DNA of 64,000 bases from Hemiscyllium ocellatum (taxonomy: Eukaryota): positions 6,521,363 to 6,585,362 of the forward strand of contig NC_083433.1 of assembly GCF_020745735.1 (NCBI RefSeq), written 5' to 3'. Below the pieces are notes generated by a model. That model worked only from the letters and a program-made list of their open reading frames with translations, was not told where the DNA came from and ran no database searches. This document shows, in pieces, positions 1-16,959 of the stretch (position 1 is the stretch's first letter; the number at the start of each line of letters is the position of its first letter). A program made the position numbers and the translations under genes.

Positions 1-46
1 TATTCTTCTCCACCAAGACTGGTAATCCCCTCTATGGGGAGTGGAC

Positions 47-230
47 AATTGAGGAAGTGGAGGCTAGTACATTTGCAACATTTAAAAGGCATTTGGATGA
101 GTTTATGAAAAGGAAGGGTTTGGAGGGATATGGGTTGTGCTGGCAGGCAGGACTAGATTAGGATATCTAGTCAGCATGGACAGGTTGGACCAAAGGGTCT
201 GTTTCCATGCTGTACATCTCTAGGACTCTG
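47..230 (+). mobile_element. CR1-like LINE 3' fragment in F1 intron 3
   Basis: Typical CR1 3' end (gaggaagtggaggctagtaca...tttaaaaggcatttggat...aagggtctgtttccatgctgtacatctct); the same insertion is seen in F10 intron 3 (~59678-59860). Confidence 0.7.
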
Positions 231-415
231 ACAGTTAAGGGATGTCACAGATTGCTTAACAGCCTCGAGAAAGTGCTCAGATCATGACTACACCAGAAGC
301 TTGGTCTACTTCCAGGCTACACACTACAATTTAGATACAAAAATCAGAGGCTAAAAGGCCAAGTGTCTTGGGTTAAATGGACAACAGCCCAGACATAAAT
401 ACATCAAAAACTCAC

Positions 416-2678
416 ATGAGGGTCCATGTGATCAGAGGAGAGTTTGTGCAGATCCAGCAGACTCTGGTTCACATCCTTCTCCATCTGCAGAGCTCTCTGC
501 ATTGCCTCCAGACCATTGCCCCACTCATCCTGCTCTGGCTTCTGGGAGGAGAGAGAAAGGAGAAGGGCTTCACATTCTACAGTCGCATTTGAGACACTGG
601 GTTTAGAGAGAACTGTGGTGTCAGTTACTGTAATAAACCACAGACACTGCTATGAAGCAGCTTAATGCTCAGAATTAGTCCATCTACAATAAACATCAAA
701 CCCAACCTTGACATCCTGCAGGAGGACTCGGCCTCCACGTTTATTCTGGAATTCCATCAGTTTCTCAGCGTGTTCCTGTTCCTCATGGGACTGCTCCTTG
801 AAGAACTCAGCAAAGTGATGCAGGGCAACATCATCCCGGTCAAAGTAAGAGGACTGGGGGAAGGAGAGAAAAATCAAGTGTCATCTAAAGCTCCAAAAGC
901 AATTCAAGATCTTCAATTGAAATAGTTTTCAAGTAGTCAGTCAATGTAACAGCCCTCTCGTTCTGGACTCCCTGACCCCAGGGAACAGACTTTGCCTGTT
1001 TATCCTATCCATGCCACTCAATTTTGTAAACCTCTAAGGTCACCCCTCAGCCTCTGACAATCCAGGGAAAACAGCCCCAGCCTGCTCAGCCTCACCTATA
1101 GCTCAAATCCTCCAACCCTGGCAACATCCTTGTAAATCTTTTCTGAACCCTTTCAAGTTTCACAACATCTTTCCAATAGGAAGGAGACCAGAATTGCACA
1201 CAATATTCCAACAGTGGCTTAACCAGTGTCCTGTACAGCCACAGGATGACCTCCCAACTCCTGTACTCAATACTCTGACCAATAAATGAAAGCATACCAA
1301 ATGCTTTCTTCACTATCCTAGTGGCCTGCGACTCCACTTCCAAGGAGCTATGAACATGCACTCCAAGGTCTGTTCAGCAACACTCCCCAGGACCTTACCA
1401 TTAAGTGTACAAGTCCTGCTAAGATTGGTTTTTCTAAAATGCAGCACCTCACATTTATCCGAATTAAACTCCATCTCACTTCACAGCCCATTTTGGTCCA
1501 GATCTTGTTGTAATCTGAGGCAACCCTCTTCACTTTCCACTACATCTCCAATTTTGGAGTCACCTGCAAACTTACAAACCATGCCTCCTTATGTTCACAT
1601 CCAAAGTCGTTTAGAAGTGAAAATGAGTGGACCCAGCACAGATTCTGGTGGCACTCCACTGGTCACAGGCCTCCAGTTTGAAAAATGACCCTTCACCACC
1701 ACACTCTTGGACCTTTGAGCCATTTCTGTATCCAAATGGTCAGTTCTCCCTGTACTCCATGAAATCTAAGCTAGATTCAGCTCATTATTTCAGCTGAAAT
1801 TCATTGAAGCTAAAGGATTAGGTTTCATGCCGAGAATTTAGGGTCAACTTGTGTCAGAGTCTGTAGTACATCCAGCTTTCAATGGATTAAACCAAAGTGC
1901 CCTACGTTCCTTAGTAGAGGAGATTTTTCATAACAGGATAGATCTCTCCACAGTCTCTCAATGATGGGTGAGATAGTCTGACATGGTAGGGTTTACTGCC
2001 AGATACTCTTGCAAACATTTCCATGACTGTATGGAATCAGGGAAACAAGAGGGGAGGTACTTCAAATTGATTCCAGAACAAGCAGTGAGATACTCTCAAA
2101 TACCATGGAGCAAGTTAATTATACACATTTTCTATTCCACTAATGAAAACAGTGATTATGGCTGTGAATGAAGTCTCAACATCAGAAGGTTGAGAGCATA
2201 ACATTCAAAAGGGAGGGAACAATACGAAGGAGGATCTGCCAGACTACAGCAGTGACTCTAGAGAGTGTGACCTTCTGGCAATAGGTAAGTCCATGGTTTG
2301 ATACAAAAACCCAAGTATAATTCAGATACACCTCTGGAGTAGATAGTACTTGAACCTAGGCCTCTTGGTTCAAAGGCAGGGACACTACCACTGTACCACA
2401 AAAAGCCCACATTACACCTTAAATAACCATAGAGAGCAGTTGCTGTAGGAGTTGTTCACTCAAAAGGTTATTCCATGTTCAAAATCACTAGAACATTGCA
2501 CAATCCATTTTACCAATACATTAAATCAACAAACATCTAACTCTTCAGGTTGAAGTGTCAAGTCCACAAGCCTCACCATAGAGAGGTAAACATAGGAGGA
2601 ATAGAGCTCCAGGTTGATCTGCTTGTTAACAGCATCCTCACAGTCCTTGTGGTAGTTCTGACATACTTGTGAAGCCAT
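416..2678 (-). CDS. Ferritin heavy/middle-type subunit, copy F1 (3' partial; exon 4 lies outside the window)
   Basis: Exon 1 2678-2577 ([34 protein letters not shown]), exon 2 853-707 ([49 protein letters not shown]), exon 3 541-416 ([42 protein letters not shown]); GT-AG junctions. Confidence 0.92.
955..1770 (-). mobile_element. CR1-like LINE ORF2 (RT C-terminal) fragment in F1 intron 1
   Basis: ORF 1092-1361 reads [44 protein letters not shown], a CR1 signature; degenerate [13 protein letters not shown] motif upstream. Confidence 0.88.
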
Positions 2679-2905
2679 CTTCACTATTCCTACTCACTAT
2701 CACTAAAACTAAATTTATTTACCCCACGAGTTGTTGTATTTATCCTACTGGGACACCCTGCACTCAACCAGGGCGTGGCAGCACCAATCAAGATTGACAA
2801 TCCCTGACAGCCGCTCAGGAATTTCCAATCAATCCAGGCACCAATGAACACAACAGGGAGGACTGTGAGGGAGGAGCTGAGACCCAGAGCCAATCAGAGG
2901 TCTGG
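2679..2905 (-). promoter_or_regulatory. F1 proximal promoter and 5' leader
   Basis: GATAAA at 2744-2739, several CCAAT motifs and a CACCC motif; block conserved upstream of most copies. Confidence 0.6.
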
Positions 2906-3149
2906 AAGCTAGACAGGTTTGAGAGATGAAATTTAATGATATCATTGCTCTTGGAGTAATAGATTCTGTGCACACCCCAAATGAGCTGGATGTGATTGAA
3001 TGACAGATGAAGTCTCTTGTCCTTGGAAACACGATATTAACCTTCTCTTCACCTTTACCAAATATATGAATGTGTCCCAGAATTTTACCTGACAAATTAA
3101 ATGCAAAGGTTTTATTTTTGCTAGCTTCAAAATGGACCAAATTTCAAAT

Positions 3150-3870
3150 GTTCATTCATTAATGGGAAATGGGCATCGCGAGCTTGTCCAACATTTATTG
3201 CCTGTCCCTGGTTGCCCTTCTGAAGGTGATGATGAACTGCCTTCTTGAAACAAAACAGTCAATTGACTTAGCTACACCCACAGGACTGTTAGGGAGGGGG
3301 ATCCAGGATTTTGACCCAGTGACACTGAAGTAACACCAATGTATTTCCAAGTCAGGATGGTGAGTGACTTGGAGGGACCTTCCTTGTCCTTATAGATGGT
3401 ATCGGTCGTGTATTTGGAAGGTGCAGACTCAGGTCCCGGAGAGAATTACTCTCGTACATCTCGTGGATAGTACACACAGCTGCCACTGAGTGTCAGTGGA
3501 AGGGGGAGTGAATATTTGTGAATGTGGTGCCAATCAAGTGGGCTGCTTTGTCCTGGATGGTGTTGAGCTTCTTGTATGTTGTTGGAGATGTACTCATTCA
3601 GGTAAGTAGGGAGTATTCCATCTCACTCCTGAGTTGTGTTTTGAAGATGGGAGACAGGCTGTTGGGAGTCAGAGATTGTTTACTTGCTGCAGGATCCCTA
3701 GTCTCACTGAATTTATCTGACCAGTCCCGTTCATATTCTGGTCAATGGTAATCCCAGGATATTGATAGTGGGGGATTCAGTCATGATAATGTTATTGAAT
3801 GTCATGGGGTAATGGTTAGATTCTCCTTTGGTGGAGGTGGCCGTTGCCTGGTACTTACCATATATGGACA
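3150..3870 (-). mobile_element. Old CR1/L2-group LINE 3' fragment
   Basis: Minus-strand tail resembles aagggcaa..agggatgggcaataaatgctgg; decayed ORF2-like sequence; paralogous copy at ~50440-51225. Confidence 0.55.
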
Positions 3871-4714
3871 TGGACCGCTTCACTTTATGAGAAATTATAA
3901 GCTACTTTGTAAAAGCAGTTGAGAAATAAAACCAGAACATGCTGGAGAGTCTCCGTGTGTCTGGCCGAATCTGTGAGAGGAGGCATAGAGTTAATGTTGA
4001 GTCCAGTGACTGAGTCAAAATGTGACTCAAATTATTAACTCTGTTTCTCTCTCCAAAGAGGCTGGCAGCTCTGCTGAGATTCTTCAGCAATTTCTGCTGT
4101 GGTTCCAGATTTCCATTTTCTGTGGGATTTTGATTTTTTTTAATCGAACTGGTTCAATCCCAGGGTGAGGTGGAGATGTGTTCCCTTTGATTAACCTCAA
4201 TGTTAGATAGGCCTGACAGAGTGGCTTTGATTCACATCTGGAGCCACCAATAACATCACACTGAGAAGTATCTTGTGCAAGATGCCTGTGGGCACAATTG
4301 GTCTGTCTGACCAGAAACTGTATTCATGTATTTACACACATTCTGGTTAAAAAGGATCCAAAACACACTGTTATCCAGCAGTCACAAAGACCTTATCCAA
4401 ATGGATGGACATCACATGGTCACTCAATGATCATCAGAGACTTTGAAAAATGCCTTTGGATACTGGCTCTGGGGGTAACTATTGACTGATCCTGTGTCTA
4501 AGATTACATTGAATTTAGTATCCCTAATTTATTCGGGAGCAGGGATGGGGATAGATTCAAAACAAAATCAAGGTGGTGAAAAACAAACTCCTACAGATGA
4601 TTTTCTTCACAATGGCAGAGTTGAAATAGGACTGTAAATATCTTTGAGCGTAACAAGGACATAAGTATCTCATTTCATTGCCGTTCCCATCAAATTCCTA
4701 ACATTCTATTCTAT

Positions 4715-5225
4715 GGGATGTGGATAATGGCCAGGCCAGCATTTACCCCATCCCTAGAGCCAATCATATTGCTGTAGGCGAGTCTGGCATCCCGTGTAGG
4801 CCAGCTCAGGTAAGGACAGCAGATTTCTTTCCCTGAAGAGCATTTGTGTACCAGGTCAGGATTCTCCCTGACAATGGACAACAGCTTCATGGTCGCAGAA
4901 TGCGGTGCTGGAAAAGCACAGCAGGTCAGGCAGCATCCGAGGAGCAGGGGAATTGATGTTTGGGGTATGAGCCCTCCATCAGGATGAAAGGCTGATACCC
5001 GAAATGTCGACTCGAGGGCCTATGGGCCTATACTGCGCTGTAACGTTCTCCTGCTCCTCAGATGCTACCTGACCTGCTGTGCTTTTCCAGCACCACACGT
5101 TTTGACTCTGATCCCCAGCATCTGCATTCCTCACTTTCTCCTAACAGCTCTATGGTCCTCTTTGACTGGATTCCAGATTTTTATTGAATACAAATTCCAC
5201 CAGCTGCAATGGCTGGATTTGAACA
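4715..5225 (-). mobile_element. DeuSINE/SacSINE1-like element with a nested palindromic insertion (~4895-5142)
   Basis: ggtaaggacagcagatttctttccctgaag core; the nested inverted-repeat element is flanked by an aacagct..atggtc direct repeat. Confidence 0.55.
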
Positions 5226-6549
5226 CGCCCCCCCCACCAGTCTCATGCTGATGGCAGTAGGTCATCACCTTCACTGCCTTAGACAGCGGCTAACTGCCAT
5301 CAGCATCTCCATCCACGTGTACAGGATGGTGAAAGAAATGGAGATAAGCAAAATGTGGAAGGTACAGCTGGCGACGAAGTACTGCAAAGCACCTAAATAC
5401 AACGGTAACATCATGGGAAACCCTTACTATTGGTTTGCCGAACTGACTGAAGAGAAAAATATTTGGATGTGGAGGAGGGTGAAGGTGAAGCATTTACTTC
5501 AATCCATGTTGAATTCACAATGCCCTATCTAAATTGGTTAATGGGGCACAGTTCCACTCCTGCCAATATCGTAACCAGGCTGATGTTGAGGAGTACCTGT
5601 CTAGATTATAGAGGGGCTTAAAAAGAGCAGGAGTTTATTTTAAATAGTGAACATTATGGCTGTGTTCAGCATTGTCCAAGCAGCCACTCTTGCAGGTTCT
5701 CACTGTGTAGGGTTAAATTTCCCCAGTGAGTCTAATGCAGTAATTGTGGATTGGAGAGAGGGCCTAGGCCTATCACATGTTAAGATTACTGTGACATTCC
5801 ACAGATTCACCAACACTCAGATTACCGAAACCTGGAAAGCTCTAAAGTAGACAAAATTCCAAACTTGCAGATTAGACCACACTATTAACAGGACAGTACC
5901 CTCAACACCTCAAACACAGTCTAATGTGCTCTGGAGATAAGCCACCAGGCTTTGCTTCCAAGAAAACCAGCAAGTTTAATACAGTTGTGATTTCAGAGAG
6001 AACTTACTGTGAAACTTGCTCTAATTTAGGATGCGAGGAGTGGGGGAAAAGTTGGTTGTGGATTTGAAAAACTAAAACAGCTGAGGTTTTAATCTAACTG
6101 GCGATGGTCAGATAGTGTTAGCAAAGTTATTACCAGTGGCACTGGTCCTTGTACTTGTCTACAGACAAAAGTTTGTAAAACTCCTCTTGCTGCTCAGAAT
6201 CTGGTAGTGCCCATCTCCCACCGTAACGGAGAAAACATTTGCTCCATAAACTCAGCTCTGTACTTGGTCTTATACCCACACCACATATTTGGTGTCAGAT
6301 GAAGTAATTTGGACTGGATTTAATTATTGATCTGGATCAAGAGATCCTCTGATAGCAAGTCCCAGCACAGACCTATATACACAGTTTGACCTAGTCAGCA
6401 AAAACCAATCCAACAATGAACAGTTTATTTATAGTTGGTACATTTTATAATCAAGCCCAGGACAGTGAGCTACTTCCACAGCTTCACATTCTATAGAACT
6501 CATTCATAGAGAGAGAAAGAAAAATAAAGTCTTGCTCCCTGCAGTCAGT

Positions 6550-8302
<1,753 letters not shown>

Positions 8303-8545
8303 CTTCACTATTCCTACTCACTATCAGCTAGACTGGGCCACTTTCTCACAAGCTCTTGCATTTATCCTCCTGGGACACCCTGCACCTCACCAGGGAATGA
8401 TGTCACCAACAATGACTGACAATCCCTGATAACCAATTAGAAATCTCCATGAATCCAGGTACCAATGATCAAAGGAGTTGGGGGAAGAGCAGGCGGTGCT
8501 GTGGGGAGAAGTTGAGACCCAGAGCCAATCAGAGATTGGGACATG
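8303..8545 (-). promoter_or_regulatory. F2 proximal promoter and 5' leader
   Basis: GATAAA at 8366-8361 plus CCAAT cluster, homologous to the other copies. Confidence 0.6.
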
Positions 8546-9460
8546 GAGAGATTTTGGATTGATAGATCCTGTACCCAGCCGAAAGCAGCTGATTTTTGTT
8601 TTTCTTTTAAGTAGAGAAATAAGAATGAATGGAGCGAAAAAAAAATGTTATTTCTAATGAAACACTTTCTTTTAATTTGACCTAATTTGTTTTTTTGCCT
8701 CATACAGCTGTGACCTCTGTGATCCCAAGGTGGTTAGGTCCTGGATGAGATGCTGCACCTTGTCTTCTTGCATCAAAATTCTGGTTGTGTTTATTGTTTG
8801 GAAGCGGGTAAACTCAACCTTTGGACAACCATCATTGACGTCATTTTGTATGAGATTGCTGGAATCTTGCTCATTGTGGAATAGGCTTGCAGCCATCATC
8901 TGATATGAGTTTTGATCCCAGTAGGGTGTTTAATCCAATGTCACAATATTTATGATATCTCTTGTAACAGAAGAAGCTCAGTGCAGTTGTGGTATTACAG
9001 AAAATCCAACAGGTAGTTATTATGTATAAGCACTGTATCTAGAAGCACATGAGTGGCTGGCTACAGCACAGAACTGCTTCAAGTAGTGTGCCATGCTTCA
9101 GGAGATCCTCAGTAAGATGGAGTCTGAAACCTTTATACCCTTGGGTCATATGGTATGATACAATGGTGAGATCCTAGGTGTGTCTTTTAAAGGGGTAATG
9201 ACTGTGTGCCATGATACAACACTATGCTCCTTTTACATTGGGATCTAATCTTTGTCAAGTGTTGCAGAGGAAAATCACTAGGCAGGGCTCATGAGAAGAG
9301 ACTCATTTTAAATAAGAAGAGTTGTAAATAAGATGTATCTTAATGCACGATGACAGAAATTGTTTCAGTGAGATGGTAGGTCTGTCCATTGCTCAATCCA
9401 GGGCTGTTCAACCATTCCCCACCCAAGTCCTTATGACATCATTAAATTGGATGGTGCTTA

Positions 9461-9810
9461 AGGCACGGTGTCTCAGTGGTTAGCACTGCTAGCTCATGGT
9501 GCCGGATGAGCTTGGGTTCGATTCCAGCCTCAGGCAACTGTCTATGTGGAGTTTGCACATCCTCCCCCTGTCTGTGTGGGTTTCCTCCGGGTGATCCAGT
9601 TTCCTCCCACAGCTCAAAGATGTGCAGGTTAGGTGAATTGGCCATGCTAAATTGTTCATAGTGTGCAGGGATGTGGAGGTTAAGTGCATTAGTTAGGGGT
9701 AAATATAGAGTGGTAGGGGAATGGGTCTGGGTGGGTTACTCTTGGGAGGGTTGGTATGGACTTGTTGGGCATAATGGCCTGTTTCCACACTATAAGGATT
9801 CTATGATCTT
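9461..9810 (+). mobile_element. HE1-like tRNA-derived V-SINE
   Basis: A/B-box-like head (ggcacggtgtctcagtggttagcact...gggttcgattcc) followed by V-domain tgtggagtttgcac...ggtttcctcc...gatgtgcaggttaggtgaattggccatgctaaattg. Confidence 0.85.
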
Positions 9811-10124
9811 AATGCTACGCTCAGCATTTAATCTTTCAGAATCATTACCTTTGACAAGCTTCTTTTTTCATAACAAACCTTGATGCATTCTTATGTATAA
9901 TTACAATTATCACGACCCCATCTCTCCCCAAGGCATATTCAGGCAATCTGGAGGTTTCAAAATCTATTCATTCAAAAAGTGATCTCTTCCAATTTGGAGG
10001 ATGAGCAGAACTTTGCCTTGAGGATTGCTGACCTTGATTCCACTAGATGCCCTTTTATCCCTTGGCAGATTTTTGTCATCTGAACTCCATTTGTGTTGAT
10101 AGGATTGGAAAACATTTCTGCTAA

Positions 10125-10950
10125 GATTATGCTTTAAGAGGTTTGTTTTGTCCTGCTTTCTTGTATTGAAGGTTGAGAGAGATTGGGAATAGGTGCTGAG
10201 CAGTCAATGAGAAGATAATCAACTTGTGAGGCTTTGGGTTTTTAAAAAAATAGTTGGAACAATAGAAGCAGCCTGAATGGGTGTGGTTGAGCCCCCACCC
10301 ACAGAACCAGGGATTGTTAGTTGCTGTTGAAGGCTCAGCAGGGTTGAAAGCAGCTAGGGTTGGGAAAAGCTGCCACATTTTTCTTTGCTACAGCTGAAAG
10401 CTGGAGTTTTTTCTCTCTCAGAATTGTCTTTTGATGTTCTTTCCTCCTGGATTGGAGAATTGCACGTGAGACAATCTGTTTCCTAAATTTGCCTTTAGTC
10501 AAGGATTCAAATAGTAAAGGAATTGCAATTGATAGTGAACAGTTGAATTATAGTCAATTATGCCAAGTGTCTTTAAAGGGAGTCTACGTCAAGTCAAGGA
10601 GCAACCAGATATGGATCCAAAGGAAATATTAAGCACTGAATAAGCAGTTGCTGGACAACCTGTTTATGGCATGTTACTATGTTGGAACAGTTAATTAGTA
10701 ATAATTGCTGTATATGTTATTTTGTTAAGCATTCCAATAGTTACAGCTAGGCTAATTCTATTCTACTCTTCTGTGGTATTTCAATTGTAGTATTTGACCA
10801 AATTGTGTTGTGCTTAACATAAAGTAGTTTGACCAATCAAATTTCAGCTGGAAAGCAGAACAACACATTTATCTTTAAAATCAGAAAAAGTGAGGGTCTA
10901 GACTACCTTCTTAATATATTTGGAGGAAGTCTGGTCCAGTCCATAAAACT
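10125..10950. mobile_element. Possible decayed solo-LTR-like repeat
   Basis: General resemblance only (ttatg... start, ...gtccataa end, promoter-like interior); no TSD identified. Confidence 0.25.
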
Positions 10951-11154
10951 ATGTAGGCCAATCCTACGTAGTCACAGATTTCCATCCTGTGGACCATCTG
11001 AAACAATTCCCTGATAATTGACCTTATTAATCTCAGCAATTTCTCTCTTTGTGGTGGTCCATAAAAGGTCTAGGAAGCTGAATGACTTCACCTGTAGGTT
11101 GTTCACTACTAATTCAACTGTTCACTATCAATTTCAATTCCTTTACTATTTGAA

Positions 11155-13035
11155 TAATGTACCGCAAGGATCTCTTTTGGGGCCCTGCTCCCGTAAAGAT
11201 CTGTTTTGGGTCCACTGCTGTTTGTCATTTTTATAAATGACCTGAATAAGGGTGTAGAAGGATGGGTTAGTAAATTTGCGGATGACACTAAGGTCAGTGG
11301 AATTGTGGGTAGTGGCAAAGGCTGTTGCAGTTTACAGAGAGGCATAAATAAGCTGCAGAGCTGGGCTGAGAGGTGGCAAATTGAGTTTAATGTGGAAAAG
11401 TGTGAGGTGATTGACTTTGGAGGGAGTAAGAGAAATGCAGAGTACTAGGTTAATGGTAAGAATCTTGATAGTGTAGATGAACAGAGAGATCCCAGTGTCC
11501 ACGTACATAGATCCCTGCAAGTTGCCACCAGGTTGATAGGGTTGTTAAAAAGGCATATGTGTGTTAGCTTTTATTAGTAGAGGGATTGAGTTTCAGAGCC
11601 ATGAGGTCATGCTGCAGCTGCACAAAGCTCTGGTGCGACTGCACTTAGAGTATTGCATACAGTTCTGGTCACCGCATTATAGGAAGGATGTGGAAGTTTT
11701 GAAAAGGGTGCAGAGGAGATTTACTAGAAGCTTGTCTGGTATAGAGGGAAGGTCTTATGATAAAAGGCTGTTTTTGTTGGAGAGAAGAGGGTTAAAGGTG
11801 ACTTAATTGACACATATAAGATCATTAGAGGGTTAGATAGGGTGGACAGTGAGAGCCTTTTTCCTTGGATGGTGATTACTAGCACGAGGGGACATTGCCT
11901 TTAAAGGCAGTTTCTTTACTGAGAGAGTAATAGACTCACCAACTTTAAGGTCATTTGAATGGTCATTGGATAGACATATGGATGAAAATGAAATCGTGTA
12001 GGTTAGACGGGCTTCCGAAGGTGCAACATCGAGGGCCGAAAGGCCTGTACTGTGCTGTATTGTTCTACGTTCTATAATGTTCTGCAAAGGTGGCCTTTGT
12101 GTGGAGCCACAGAAAATGGGGGAGATACTAAATGAATACTTTTCATCAGTATTTACTATGGAAAAGGATGGAAGATATAGACTGTAGGGAAATAGATGGT
12201 GACATCTTGCAAAATGTCCACATTACAAAGGAAGAAGTGCTGGATGTCTTGAAACTGTTAAAGGTGGATAAATCCCCAGGACATGATCAGGTGTACCTGA
12301 CAACTCAGTGGGAAGCTAGAGAAGTGATTGCTGGGCCTCTTGCTGAGATATTTGTATCATCGATAGTCACAGATGAGGTGCCAGAAGACTGGAGGTTGGC
12401 AAATGTGGTGCCACTGTTTAAGAAGGGTGGTAAAGACAAGCCAGGGAACTATAGACCGGTGAGCCTGACCTCAGTGGTGGGCAAGTTCTTGGAGGGAATA
12501 CTGAGGGAGAGGATTTACATATAATTGGAAAGGCAAGGACTGATTCGGGATAGTTAACATAGCTTTGTGCATGGGAAATCATGTCTCACAAACTTGAAAG
12601 CTATAGAGAGAGGCTGAACAAGCTGGGGCTGTTTTCCCTGGAGCGTCAGAGGCTGAGGGGTGACTTTATAGAGGTTTACAGAATTGAGGGGCATGGATAG
12701 GATAAATTGACAAAGTCTTTCCCTGGGATCGGGGAGTCCAGATCTAGAGGGCATAGGTTTAGGATGAGAGGGCAAAAATATAAAAGAGACCTAAGGGGCA
12801 ACTTTTTCACGCAGAGGGTGGTACATGTATGGAATGAGCTGCCAGAGGATGTGGTGGAGGCTGGTACAATTGCAACATTTAAGAGGCATTGGATGGGTAT
12901 ATAAATAGGAAGGGTGTGGAGGGATATGGGCTGGGTGCTGGCAGGTGGGACTAGATTAGGTTGGGATATCTGGTTGGCATGGACAGGTTGGACCGAAGGG
13001 TCTGTTTCCATGCTGTTCATCTCTTTAACTCTATG
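11155..13035 (+). mobile_element. Cluster of three CR1-like LINE fragments (~11155-12085, ~12085-12597, ~12597-13035)
   Basis: ORFs with SKFADDTK, LEYCIQFWSPHYRKD, DWRLANVVPLFKKG...NYRPVSLTSVVGK and FFTQRVVHVWNELP motifs. Confidence 0.9.
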
Positions 13036-13429
13036 TTTAAGACCTTCATTCACAAGTGAATATTCAATTGTGAAACATATCTACATTTTCTTCTTTATTT
13101 GTATTGCAGAGTTGCTTGTATTATACCCTTAACCTTACATGGTATTCCTCCTGGACCATGTAGTTGCACTATTGTGGATTGCAAATAGTATTTTTCATCC
13201 ATAGTATATGATCTTATAATCCTGACCTTAACTCTAACTGTAATACAGTAACACTTGCTGGCTTGTACATGGACAAGAATTGTTACTTACCAAAATGTAT
13301 TGGTTGGATTGTCTAGGAATAAATTGGATGATTCTTCAATTGTGAGTTGCTTCAGCTCATGAAATACTTTTGACCCTTTGCTGCGCTGTATCTAAAGATG
13401 ATGTGCTACTTATGGAATTAGCTAGTATA

Positions 13430-13640
13430 GTGTCATAGAGGTGTACAGCACAGAAACAATTTGTCCATGCCGACCTCACATCCAAACCTAATCTAATCTC
13501 GTTTAGCAGCACTTGGCCCATATCCCTCTTGACTCTTCCTATTCAGATACGCATCCAGATGCCTTTTAAGTGTTGCAATTGTACCAGCCTCCACCACTTC
13601 CTCTGATGGCTCATTCCATACACACACCAGCCTCTGCATG
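13430..13640 (-). mobile_element. CR1-like LINE 3' fragment
   Basis: Reverse complement of the CR1 3' end seen at 12830-13035. Confidence 0.7.
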
Positions 13641-14248
13641 ATGTCTGACACTAGAGTAAATTTGCACAGTTACTGCCTTTGCTGTTTGATTTCAAATATC
13701 TCTGGACAAAAAGTGTGAGTCTGGGAAAAGTTAACACCATCAAAGTTAACAGCTGATTTTAGCCATACCTGTGTGGGAGACCTCACAGCACAGGATCAGA
13801 AAGGTGCATAGTGTTAGAGTACAACCTTGCTGTAAATATCTAGTAGTGAGTCGAGTCAGATCTTTCTTGAAGAGATATTTTCCCCTTGATTAAATTTTAA
13901 AAGTATATTCCATAAGGACTAGGTTAGCAGTTTGTACAGCCAAGGTCAGCATTTCATGACATGCCCGTTAGTGGCAACTACTGTTCACGTCAAGGGATGA
14001 GGTTGACGTTGAATGTCAAGATCAAGGAGAGAACTCCCTGTGCACTAAACTATGCTTCAAAGTTGCTGCATCATTTCAATCCTTGTGTTATGGGGAAAGG
14101 AATCCAAAATGAGGCCATTCTTAGTCCTATATGGAGCAGTTTATTTAAAGTTTATGTATAGTCACAGTAGTGCCCAGGTCTCAGATACTCCAAAAGATCT
14201 TGTCTCCATTTTACACATCAAAAAGCTCACTTCCTGCAGTCAGTTGAG

Positions 14249-16254
<2,006 letters not shown>

Positions 16255-16480
16255 CTTCACTATTCTTGCTCACTATCACCCAGACAATTCTAGAACTGAG
16301 CTTCCCTCCTACAAGCTCTCCATTTATCTTCCTGGGACACTGTGCACCCACCCAGAGAGAGGCAGCACTAATGATGATTGGCTATTAGGGATTGTCAATC
16401 AGAAATCCTCCATTAATCCAGACACCACCAAACAAAGGAGAGGTGGATGTGGAGGAGGAGCTTAGAGCCAGAGATTTGGA
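16255..16480 (-). promoter_or_regulatory. F3 proximal promoter and 5' leader
   Basis: GATAAA at 16328-16323, CACCC motifs; conserved block. Confidence 0.55.
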
Positions 16481-16959
16481 ATACAAAGAGGATTGGGAAA
16501 TTTGCCTAATTAATGTCACTGCTTTTCAATTCCACGACCTTTTCCAAATCTGAAGATGAGTCACCAGATAACAGTCTGGAACCACAACTTTGAATTTAGT
16601 GATAATTTCTCACATTTTGCTGAGATGGATTATCCGAATGAGGGGCTGTGAAGCTGATACAATACTTTAAACAAACTGACTTGCTTTGAGGGGAATTCTA
16701 ACCAGCCATTGGACAGAAAAATGGAAATGTGAGACTGAGAGGGAGCGAATGTGACTGTACCCGATGTCACCCACAGACCTGTCCCCCATTGGCTGCAGTG
16801 GGGTTGGGGAACAGACTCGATGGAGCAGCTGGTCTATTCCTGCCCATCTGTGTTGTTTGTTCAATGAGTCCATTTCTGGTCGACTTTAAAATTGGCTGAG
16901 TAATATTTGAATCTGATAGTTGTCGATTCAGATTTTCTTAAACTCTTCAGCTCATCCAA

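Noticed and set aside
9073-9100. IRE-like ctgcttcaagtagtg (and tgcttcagcaatg at ~7483)
   Set aside because: Antisense to the nearby gene, loop is not CAGUGH and there is no complementary 3' stem.
9461-9535. tRNA-like sequences
   Set aside because: These are SINE heads (A/B boxes) continuing into the V-domain, not cloverleaf tRNA genes.
12132-12524. Reverse-transcriptase-like ORFs as active genes
   Set aside because: Short truncated CR1 fragments with stops; no full-length ORF2 in the window.
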